Under the pieces are notes generated by a model. It searched no databases and was not told where the DNA came from. It worked only from the letters and a program-made list of their open reading frames with translations. A DNA stretch of 64,000 nucleotides from an uncultured Candidatus Saccharibacteria bacterium (GTDB lineage: Bacteria; Patescibacteriota; UBA1384; XYA2-FULL-43-10), in assembly GCA_964426805.1 (NCBI GenBank), contig CAYRRY010000001.1, forward strand, positions 2,504 through 66,503, in the 5' to 3' direction. The position numbers and the translations under genes were made by a program. Each line of letters opens with the position of its first letter. Within the stretch, counting starts at the first letter, position 1. Below, one piece after another: positions 28,375 to 36,740 of the stretch.

Positions 28375-29438
28375 TACTAGTTATTAACACAGGTTCGTCT
28401 TCCATAAAGACTAAGCTTTTTAAACGGCACAAGGGTGTATTGATTGAAGTTTCTGCATTTTCCTCTGCTGGTATATCATCGAAGAACATCTCAAATTTTA
28501 GCCGAGCAACAACTTCTTTGTTTCGAGAAAATAATCTGGATAAAAAAGATATTAAAAAAGTTGCTTATAGAATAGTCCACGGTGGCGATGAGGGGAAAAA
28601 CAAATCGACAATTGACGTTAATGTCGAGAAATTGATAGAAAAATACAATCACCTATCTCCGAACCACAACCCATACGCCCTGGCTGTAATTCGTCAAACA
28701 AAGAAATTATTGAAAGATGCTAAGCACTACGCTTTTTTCGACACTGCATATTTTTCAAGCATTCCAGATGAGAACAAGCTCTTTCCCTTACCAAAGCTTA
28801 TCAACCACGGAATAGAGATAAAAAAATACGGTTTTCATGGGCTTTCACATCAATATATATATGAGAAAGGTGCATCTGGAAAAAAGGCCATTACTGTTCA
28901 CCTCGGAGCTGGTTGTTCTATCGCTGCAATAAACAGGGAAGGCCCGCAAAACACAACTATGGGTTCCACTCCTCTCGGTGGACTTGTTATGCTTTCGCGA
29001 CCTGGAGATCTAGATCCTGGTGTAGTTTTAGAATATGCCCAAAAATATGGTTACAAAAAAAGCTTGGACGTTCTAGCCAAAAAATCAGGCCTCCTCTCTA
29101 TTACAAATAAAACTTCCAGCATGCTCGATATTATTTACCAAGCTTTTGGGTATATAGAAGATGATAAATCTATGTTGAGTCGTGGATTGCCAACGGACGT
29201 TGCTTCCACAAAAAAAGCAGAGATCGCAATTAGCAAGTTTGTTAGGTCAATCCAGAAACACATTTGCGAATATTATATAGAACTCGGCGGATGCGATCAT
29301 TTGATTTTTAGCGGTCGAATCGGCACTGGTTCGAAGAAGATACGAAGTTTAATTACAAAAGATATAAAGTTTTTAGATATTAAAAATATTGAAGCTATTA
29401 CAACAGATGAAGAAAAGATGATGGCCTCGTATCTTTAA
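28371..29438 (+). CDS. ackA: acetate/propionate kinase (start at Met 28371; the track ORF begins earlier)
   Basis: ILVINTGSSSIK, HLGAGCSIAAI and GSTPLGGLVMLSRPGDLDP motifs of the ASKHA acetate kinase family. Confidence 0.85.
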   Translation: MILVINTGSSSIKTKLFKRHKGVLIEVSAFSSAGISSKNISNFSRATTSLFRENNLDKKDIKKVAYRIVHGGDEGKNKSTIDVNVEKLIEKYNHLSPNHNPYALAVIRQTKKLLKDAKHYAFFDTAYFSSIPDENKLFPLPKLINHGIEIKKYGFHGLSHQYIYEKGASGKKAITVHLGAGCSIAAINREGPQNTTMGSTPLGGLVMLSRPGDLDPGVVLEYAQKYGYKKSLDVLAKKSGLLSITNKTSSMLDIIYQAFGYIEDDKSMLSRGLPTDVASTKKAEIAISKFVRSIQKHICEYYIELGGCDHLIFSGRIGTGSKKIRSLITKDIKFLDIKNIEAITTDEEKMMASYL

Positions 29439-29469
29439 ATATATTGTTGTATGTGCTAAAATTTAAACA

Positions 29470-30507
29470 ATGACAAAAAAACATTCAAAACTTGTTACTG
29501 GGAATCAAGCGGCAGTTTTGGGAGCTTTAGCGGGCGGTGCTGAAGCTATGTTTGGCTATCCCATAACTCCAGCTACTGAAATTCTCCAAGGATGGATTGA
29601 AAAAGCTCAAAGCGACAAATCTTTGCACTTTTTGCAAACTGAAGATGAAACTTCGGCTGGTTTCGCTGTTTGCGGAGCGCTACTAAACGGCACGAAGGCT
29701 TTTACAGCTTCTGCTGGTCCCGGTCATGTCCTGATGCAGGACCCCGTGTCCATGGCGGAAAATGTTCGGCTTCCCTTCGTTGGGATAATGATGCAAAGAG
29801 GCGGACCATCCACAGGAACGGTTAATTTTTCTCAACAGGAAGTAAACCTTGCTTCCTTCGGTGGTAACGGTGAGGGGTTAAGAATTGTTTATTCGGCTTC
29901 AACTGTTCAGGAAATGTACGACTTGTCAGCAAAGATATTTAATACAGCCTGGAAATACATGTTCCCCACTTTTCTACTTGGTGACGGTTATATCGGGAAA
30001 ATGGAGTCTGAGATAGGTCTAACAAAAAAAGTGAACCCAATAAGTTCGAAGAAACTTCTTAGAGAACAAAAAACACCGACACACTTGAAGAACTGCTACT
30101 CATCCGAGGAAGAGCTAGCCGAGATTTTGAAAGAAAATATCTATGAATGGAACAAGAACAAGAGCGTGATTGCTGAAAGCGAGAAATATCGTACAGAGGA
30201 CGCAAAAGAGATCATTGTTGCTCATGGTCTTGTGGCCTCTGCAGCAAAAGAAGCCGTGGATATGATGCGAAATCATGGCAGAAAAATTGGCCTCTTCAGG
30301 GCTATCACAGTTCATCCGCTAGACACACTGCCTCTCTCAAATTTAGCCAAGAAGGTAAAAAGGATTCATCTTATCGAGGCTTCGCAAAACCAATTTTCAA
30401 GAATAGTTAAATACGAACTTTACGGAGAAACGACAGATATCGTTGAGCATTCCAAGCCGGCAGAGGGATTTTCACCTTCGGAGATAATCGATTTAATACG
30501 AGATTAA
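29470..30507 (+). CDS. 2-oxoacid:ferredoxin oxidoreductase alpha subunit (PorA/KorA-type)
   Basis: GNQAAVLGALAGG, YPITPATEI and FTASAGPGHVLMQD motifs. Confidence 0.85.
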   Translation: MTKKHSKLVTGNQAAVLGALAGGAEAMFGYPITPATEILQGWIEKAQSDKSLHFLQTEDETSAGFAVCGALLNGTKAFTASAGPGHVLMQDPVSMAENVRLPFVGIMMQRGGPSTGTVNFSQQEVNLASFGGNGEGLRIVYSASTVQEMYDLSAKIFNTAWKYMFPTFLLGDGYIGKMESEIGLTKKVNPISSKKLLREQKTPTHLKNCYSSEEELAEILKENIYEWNKNKSVIAESEKYRTEDAKEIIVAHGLVASAAKEAVDMMRNHGRKIGLFRAITVHPLDTLPLSNLAKKVKRIHLIEASQNQFSRIVKYELYGETTDIVEHSKPAEGFSPSEIIDLIRD

Positions 30508-30558
30508 CTTTATTAATTACCTAACAAGCTAATGTCTAAGAAGCTAGGGACATAAACC

Positions 30559-31272
30559 ATGGATCAGATTATGCCAACAAGTTGGTACGCGAAAAGTAAG
30601 CCTCATTTTTTCTGTGGAGGTTGTGGTCACGGTATTACCTTGAAACAACTCGGGTATGCTATAGACGATTTGAAAATTCAGGAAGATATCGTATTTGGTA
30701 TTGATATCGGCTGTTCCCTGCTAGCTTGGGATTTCTTTGCTTGCGATACGATCCAAACCCATCATGGACGCACTACTCCTGTTATGGTTGGCTATAAGAT
30801 GACAAAGCCCTCGAAAATTGCGCTAGCCTATATGGGCGATGGCGGTGGATATGCTATTGGTCTGCAGTCACTACTTCACGCTGCTTTTCGAAATGATCCT
30901 ATAACAGCTATTTTAGTTAACAACGAAAACTATGCCATGACAGGTGGACAAATGGCTCCAACAACTGAATCAGGAGTAAAAACAACAACATCACCCAATG
31001 GAAAACCAATAGAGTTCGGCCCTGGTTTCAAAGGGCCTGAAACAGTGAGAGGGGTTGCTAATAAAGATGCCTATGTTGCTCGTGCTTCTGTTTCTAATCC
31101 AGTAGTACTTCGGAATACCTTGAAAAAAGCTATTGAAACGCAGGCTGAAAAGAATAATTTCTCTTTCGTTGAAATCTTGTCCGTATGCCCTACTAATTGG
31201 AAGACATCGGCAAAAGAATCGCTAGAACGTGTTAAAGATATGGAAAAGTATTATCCTTTGGGAGAGATATAA
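30559..31272 (+). CDS. 2-oxoacid:ferredoxin oxidoreductase beta subunit (TPP-binding)
   Basis: FCGGCGHG and GDGGGYAIG...NENYAMTGGQ TPP-binding motif. Confidence 0.85.
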   Translation: MDQIMPTSWYAKSKPHFFCGGCGHGITLKQLGYAIDDLKIQEDIVFGIDIGCSLLAWDFFACDTIQTHHGRTTPVMVGYKMTKPSKIALAYMGDGGGYAIGLQSLLHAAFRNDPITAILVNNENYAMTGGQMAPTTESGVKTTTSPNGKPIEFGPGFKGPETVRGVANKDAYVARASVSNPVVLRNTLKKAIETQAEKNNFSFVEILSVCPTNWKTSAKESLERVKDMEKYYPLGEI

Positions 31273-31303
31273 ACTTTTATATTAATATCGATTAGGAGTT
31301 ATT

Positions 31304-31630
31304 ATGAATGAAGGAGAACGAGGGGCACCTGCTGACGCAGAGGATTGGACCGCGCCAAAGGATGAGGTCGAAACTAATGATGACATAAGACCGATTGAGA
31401 TGAGCGAAAAAGTTAGAGATAGTTGGACGGGCTTCCATTCGAATTGGATGGACGGTGAAACCGTGTCGTGTGATCAGCTAATCACCTATGTTAAAGATAA
31501 TCTAAATACTTCTGAGCCAGGCATCGGAGAAATGAATGCTGTAATTGATTCACTTGTTTCTGAACACAAAGATTGGTTTATGCCTGAGTTTTGGACTGAA
31601 CACGAGAAAGGCAGAGATAAAGCTGCATAA
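31304..31630 (+). CDS. small acidic hypothetical protein embedded in the OFOR operon
   Basis: 108-aa ORF with own ATG between beta and gamma-delta genes. No recognisable domain. Confidence 0.4.
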   Translation: MNEGERGAPADAEDWTAPKDEVETNDDIRPIEMSEKVRDSWTGFHSNWMDGETVSCDQLITYVKDNLNTSEPGIGEMNAVIDSLVSEHKDWFMPEFWTEHEKGRDKAA

Positions 31631-31636
31631 ATTCTT

Positions 31637-32467
31637 ATGAAAAATTGGTCAAACAAAAAAGTAAAATTGATTTTATCCGGCGAAGGTGGTCAGGGAATTC
31701 AAACTATCGCCAAAGCATTAGTCGCAATGGCAGTGGGGCAGGGATTAAAAGTCTCGTATCTGCCCTCTTTTGGCGTGGAGCAAAGAGGGACTCCCTCAAT
31801 TGCCTATGTAATTATTTCTGGCTCGGATATCAATTATCCAAGATTTGAAGAAGCAGATATTGTGATGGCACTTGCCAACAGAGCCGTTCCAAAAGTAAAT
31901 CATTTTATCACACCAAATACAGATGTTCTTTTCGACTCGTCTGTTATTAAACCAAATACTTTTACCCGTATGGCTGTTCACAAACTTGGAATTCCAGCAA
32001 CAGCACTATCGCATGAAAAATTTAATCCTCGCTCATACAATGTGTTAATGTATGGCGTTTTGGTTAATATGTTAAAGCTTGATTCAAGCCAATCGTGGAA
32101 AGCAATTAAAAATCAACTTAAAGACAAATTTAAAACCAAGAAGATTGAGGACGACAATAAAAATGCGTACGAATTTGGATACGAAGCCGTATTGGAAAAA
32201 AAGAGATTTTCATCCCCCACCTTCGAAACTAAATCAACGATAAATTACTATAAGAGCAAAGACAAAAAAGGAACCATTAACCCCTCTCTCTGCAAAGGTT
32301 GTGGTTTGTGCATTGAAAAATGCCCTACTGGGGCTCTTTCTTTTGGTACTGATTTGGGAGTATTTGGCACTCCTGTACCGGTGGTTGATCTAAACAAATG
32401 TATTGGTTGTGGTCTCTGCCATCAAATCTGCCCAGACGGAGCGATATTTATAGAAAAAAACAAATAG
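31637..32467 (+). CDS. 2-oxoacid:ferredoxin oxidoreductase gamma subunit fused to delta (2x[4Fe-4S] ferredoxin) domain
   Basis: Gamma-like N-terminus (ILSGEGGQGIQT). C-terminal CKGCGLCIEKCP and CIGCGLCHQICP clusters. Confidence 0.8.
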   Translation: MKNWSNKKVKLILSGEGGQGIQTIAKALVAMAVGQGLKVSYLPSFGVEQRGTPSIAYVIISGSDINYPRFEEADIVMALANRAVPKVNHFITPNTDVLFDSSVIKPNTFTRMAVHKLGIPATALSHEKFNPRSYNVLMYGVLVNMLKLDSSQSWKAIKNQLKDKFKTKKIEDDNKNAYEFGYEAVLEKKRFSSPTFETKSTINYYKSKDKKGTINPSLCKGCGLCIEKCPTGALSFGTDLGVFGTPVPVVDLNKCIGCGLCHQICPDGAIFIEKNK

Positions 32468-32470
32468 TAT

Positions 32471-32872
32471 TTATTTTACTCGATCTAAGTTGCTCTCTTT
32501 CACATTTTTCTCTGTGACTTCTTTGTCGGGCATAAGCCCAGGAAGTTTATAGTACTTTACGTTCTGTTTTATTGCACCAGGCAGCATAAAAAATGATAGT
32601 TTACTCCACCAATTCTTTTCTGGGGCCATCCCTACTGCGATTAAAGTTACATCTTTGCTTTTAATTAAATTCCAGTGTGTTCGCGTAAAATCAGTCAATG
32701 GCATAACTCCGCCGTAGGTGCCACTGATAATAAATATCTTCTTGGCCGTTTTAATATCTTTTTCGGCGGCGTGTTCAAATTCAACAGGCTCCGTTTTGTA
32801 CTTTGCTGCCAGCCAACCAGCATATTCTTTTGATGCGCCGTTTTTTGTTTTATAAGCAATAAAAGTGTTCAT
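32471..32872 (-). CDS. flavodoxin-like fold protein (HemG-like short flavodoxin domain)
   Basis: Weak similarity only (IAYKTKNGASKEYAGWLA at the N-terminus). Its position next to OFOR suggests an electron carrier. Confidence 0.35.
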   Translation of the reverse strand: MNTFIAYKTKNGASKEYAGWLAAKYKTEPVEFEHAAEKDIKTAKKIFIISGTYGGVMPLTDFTRTHWNLIKSKDVTLIAVGMAPEKNWWSKLSFFMLPGAIKQNVKYYKLPGLMPDKEVTEKNVKESNLDRVK

Positions 32873-32877
32873 TTTGT

Positions 32878-35580
32878 TTAGTTAATTTTATTTTTAATTT
32901 TTACACCAAGAATATTCTTCCAAAATCTAAGCTTCTCTATAATGCAGTAATAAACAGGGAAAGCTGTAACAGCCAAGATAGTAGATGCTAATAGTCCGAA
33001 TATTATTGTATAGACCAGAGATTCCCAGAAAGGATCGGCAAGTGACAAAGGCACAAGAGCTACAATTGTGGTGATAGTGGTGATAACAATCGGTCGAAAA
33101 CGCACAGCCATCGCCGTAGAGATCGCCTGTCCTGGATTTTTGCCACTCAGGCGCTCTCTATTAGCAAAGTCGATAAGCATGATTGTATTGTTGACCACGA
33201 TACCGGATAGAGCGATAACCCCAATGAGAGCAAAGAAGCTTAGTTCGTTGTTGGAGTAGAAGAGTGCTGGAAATACTCCGGCGAAAGAAAATGGTATGGC
33301 CAGTAAAACCAAGAACGGCAGAGAGAAAGAATTGTACTGGAGTACAAGCAGTACATACATAACTGCGAGTGCTATGTAGAAGAAAAAGAGTGCAGAATCA
33401 AAAGAGCCCATAAGCTCGCTCTCAAGCCCTTGGTTAAAAAGTATTCCCTGGTCAGCGTCTAGTCCAAGCTCTTCTAGTTTCGACTCATTAAATTCCTCTT
33501 CTACAGTTTTTTGCAATTCGATGATAATTCCTGAATTTTGAGTGTCAGATATCTTTGTTTTGACCTGGATAAATCTCTCGCCATCTTTTCTAGCAATAGT
33601 AGTCAAATAATCAACAGCAGGATCAAACGATTTCTCGCCATCCAAAACTTCCTTGTCAGTCAAAAACTCTGTAAGTTCATCGGCGGCTCTCTCTAGCAAG
33701 GCCTGATCATCTGAATAAACTTGAACAAAGAACTTGTACTCTGTTGTGTCTGGAGGACCAGCGCTGTAGGCAGAAGCTTTCATTGAAGCGTTATCAATTT
33801 CAGAATAATCATCGTTTATAGCTTCCACTAGTTCTGGGGCTGTTTTTTCACGGTCTTGAAAATCAGTCAGACGTACAAACAGGTAGCCCTGCGTGCTGTT
33901 CGAGGCAAAATAATCGACTTCTAGAATTTCGTCATCGGCATTTTCAACCAATATATTTTCAGCATCAATTGCAATCTGCTCTGCTTGGTCAACCGTTGTT
34001 CCATCTGGAAAAGACATCTGCACAATCATACTGTTAGCATCTTTTGGCGGAGCGAAAGTTGAGAATTTCAATTTTGTTGAATAGTATATCCCACCACTAA
34101 TTAAACCGAGAGAAACTATCAGAATTATTGTTGCCCATAAGGGTTTGCATACGTACCAGCCGATAAATTGTCCGACTTTCTTACTGGCCATTGAAATGAG
34201 ATCGCCGAGTTCGTTAAATATAACATTTCCAATTTTTGATAAAAAAGTCTTTCTCTCGACTTTTTTATAGTTTGGGATTAAGAAGCTGGATAAAAATGCA
34301 ATCGTAGTAAGAGCAATTATAAGCGAGGCCACAAGCGCAATTATTACTGTTACCGGTATGTACTGGATAAAATCACCTAAAACGCCGGATATCAGTGCCA
34401 TAGGGATAAAGACGAGAAGAGTAGTCAGCGTTCCAGAGATATCAGCAATTCCTATGTCCTTTATGGCAGCAGTTACCGCCTCAGCTCCTTTTTTGCCGAG
34501 TCGTTTCTGCCTATCAACAGATTCCACGACGACTATAGCATCGTCCACGAATAAACCCAAAACAAGGATGAGTCCGAAGAGGACCATAGTATTTAACTCG
34601 TATCCGATAAGATATAAGCCTAGGAATGTTGCAAAGAAAACAGTTGGTATAAAGATGGCACCTATAATTGAAGCTCTCCAGTTGATCATGATAAACAAAA
34701 CTACTACAACAGCTATCAGAGAAGTAAGTGCTGTTGATTCCAAATCCTGAATCTGATCTTTAGTATACTGTGCCATGTCACCGCCGTAAGCGATAGTGTA
34801 TCCGTTTAGCTCTCCCTCATTTTCTAATCGTTTAATTTCTTCGCGAACCTGGTCAGATGTTTCTACAATCCCACTATCTAGCTTTTTAGTTACGCCAACA
34901 TTTATCGCTTCTCTAAAAACAAGCTCGCCATCTTCTTTTAGACCAACTCTAGAATAACCCTCTTTTTGAATAACAGTTTTTCCGGTAAATGGATTGGCTC
35001 GCTCAATTAAAACATCGGTTGCGTTTGAGTTTTTTACAGCGTTAAGTTTAGAAAATTTGTTAGATAAGAATAGGGCCTTATCTTGTAGCTCGAAAGTTGT
35101 TTTGCCTTCTCCTGAAAGAGAAAACAAAAGGTCACTCTCGCCGTCAACTGCTCCAGCATTTATCGTCATATAATTTAGCTCTGCGCCCTCTGGTAGAAAA
35201 CTTGTATCTTTTAGCTCATCTTTTAGAGCATCAACTCCCTGTTCTGAGCTATATCCGGAAACAAATTCAATTTGAATGATTGAAAAATTTGGATAAGACT
35301 GAGTCAAGGTACTTTTTACTTCTGGCACTTCCAGAACTTTCTTCTCAAGTGGTCCAGCTACCCTCAAGTCAACCTCTGCCGAGTCATTTGCTAAATATGA
35401 AGTTTGGAGTATGGCAATTGGGATCTCGATTGGCGGCAAGCCCTCTCTTTTTAGGAACTGAGTATATGTCACGTATCCTATAGCTATAATTGCCAAGAGT
35501 AGCAAAATTGTGATTCTGTAAGTTTTTACAAAGTAGGTGCTAAATGAAGCAATCGCATTTTGTAGGAACGAGCTTTTCAT
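32878..35580 (-). CDS. RND-superfamily transporter permease (AcrB/MMPL-like, 12 TM with two large periplasmic loops)
   Basis: 900 aa. Two repeated 6-TM bundles each preceded by a large soluble loop. Confidence 0.75.
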   Translation of the reverse strand: MKSSFLQNAIASFSTYFVKTYRITILLLLAIIAIGYVTYTQFLKREGLPPIEIPIAILQTSYLANDSAEVDLRVAGPLEKKVLEVPEVKSTLTQSYPNFSIIQIEFVSGYSSEQGVDALKDELKDTSFLPEGAELNYMTINAGAVDGESDLLFSLSGEGKTTFELQDKALFLSNKFSKLNAVKNSNATDVLIERANPFTGKTVIQKEGYSRVGLKEDGELVFREAINVGVTKKLDSGIVETSDQVREEIKRLENEGELNGYTIAYGGDMAQYTKDQIQDLESTALTSLIAVVVVLFIMINWRASIIGAIFIPTVFFATFLGLYLIGYELNTMVLFGLILVLGLFVDDAIVVVESVDRQKRLGKKGAEAVTAAIKDIGIADISGTLTTLLVFIPMALISGVLGDFIQYIPVTVIIALVASLIIALTTIAFLSSFLIPNYKKVERKTFLSKIGNVIFNELGDLISMASKKVGQFIGWYVCKPLWATIILIVSLGLISGGIYYSTKLKFSTFAPPKDANSMIVQMSFPDGTTVDQAEQIAIDAENILVENADDEILEVDYFASNSTQGYLFVRLTDFQDREKTAPELVEAINDDYSEIDNASMKASAYSAGPPDTTEYKFFVQVYSDDQALLERAADELTEFLTDKEVLDGEKSFDPAVDYLTTIARKDGERFIQVKTKISDTQNSGIIIELQKTVEEEFNESKLEELGLDADQGILFNQGLESELMGSFDSALFFFYIALAVMYVLLVLQYNSFSLPFLVLLAIPFSFAGVFPALFYSNNELSFFALIGVIALSGIVVNNTIMLIDFANRERLSGKNPGQAISTAMAVRFRPIVITTITTIVALVPLSLADPFWESLVYTIIFGLLASTILAVTAFPVYYCIIEKLRFWKNILGVKIKNKIN

Positions 35581-35801
35581 AATAAATTAAAGTTAAATAA
35601 TAAAACAAATATTGATAAATATTGATAGTGCTAGTTTACTATAGGATTAGACAAATTTCAATCAGAGCGGCTCTCAATGTTTCGCGTAATAGAATCTATT
35701 TGTAAGTTAAGAGAATTTATATGATTATTTTGAATATCAATTGTTTCAGACATCTTCCATCTTTTACTTAAAACGAACACACCGACACTTGCTTGAATGA
35801 T

Positions 35802-35878
35802 TTGGTGGACCGTAAGGGACTTGAACCCTTGACCTCCTCCATGCCATGGAGGCGCTCTAGCCAACTGAGCTAACGGCC
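35802..35878 (-). tRNA. tRNA-Ala (anticodon GGC) with G3:U70 identity pair, CCA encoded
   Basis: Hand-folded. Acceptor GGGCCGT/ACGGTCC. D-arm GCTC-AGTTGGCTA-GAGC. Anticodon stem CCTCC/GGAGG with loop ATGGCAT. T-arm AAGGG-TTCAAGT-CCCTT. Confidence 0.85.
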
Positions 35879-35944
35879 CACTATAGAAATAATATTACAT
35901 TCATTTAGCTATAAAATCAATCTCATTCGTGATAAAATAGTATT

Positions 35945-36718
35945 ATGGAAACAAAAACAAAGTTATTAAAAATTGCTGGGCTGTCAAAAGCAGAACTTCA
36001 TATTCATAGCAATTATTCTGACGGAAAAGGATCGATTGAAGAAATCTTGGAATATGTTGAACATAACACCGATTTAAAAGTAATTGCCATCACTGATCAT
36101 GATACTATTGAGGGCGCAAAAATAGCAGACAAGTTAGTCAAAAACGGCGACTATAGGTTTGATGTAATAATTGGCGAAGAAGTTACATCGAGAGATGGTC
36201 ACATTGCCGGTCTTTTTCTAAAGGAAAAAGTAAACCCAGGTATGAGTGCTAGAAGAACAGTGAATGCCATTCATCGCCAAGGCGGTTTAGCAATTGCGGT
36301 GCATCCTTTTTTCAAAACACATTATTATCATCCTGATTATCCGATAATGCGTGGAGTAGGCGCAAAAGTGCTGCTGAGACTACGGGGACTATTTGATGCA
36401 ATCGAGGTAATTAATGCTACCCCAACAATGGGTTACGAAAACTATATGGCAGACTTATATAATAAAACTATTGTCCATACCGCAGAAACAGGTGCCTCGG
36501 ACGCTCACATTATAGGTGCTATCGGTCATGGCTACACTCTTTTCGAAGGAAATTGTAAAAAAGATCTTAAAAACGCTATAAAAAAAGCTCAGACAAAAGC
36601 GATGTCAAAAAAATGGAGCATTCTTGAAATGTTGAGGTATCTTTACTTCTTTATACCAAGTGGATTGAGAATACTGACATATTCCATTTTGCACCCAAGA
36701 CAATTGAAAAATAGTTAA
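35945..36718 (+). CDS. PHP-domain metal-dependent phosphoesterase
   Basis: ELHIHSNYSDG and ITDHD His/Asp motifs. Confidence 0.75.
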   Translation: METKTKLLKIAGLSKAELHIHSNYSDGKGSIEEILEYVEHNTDLKVIAITDHDTIEGAKIADKLVKNGDYRFDVIIGEEVTSRDGHIAGLFLKEKVNPGMSARRTVNAIHRQGGLAIAVHPFFKTHYYHPDYPIMRGVGAKVLLRLRGLFDAIEVINATPTMGYENYMADLYNKTIVHTAETGASDAHIIGAIGHGYTLFEGNCKKDLKNAIKKAQTKAMSKKWSILEMLRYLYFFIPSGLRILTYSILHPRQLKNS

Positions 36719-36740
36719 ATTGTTGGTATTTTAAGTACAT

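Noticed and set aside
35658-35864. 68-aa ORF overlapping tRNA-Ala
   Set aside because: Covers the tRNA gene. Spurious.
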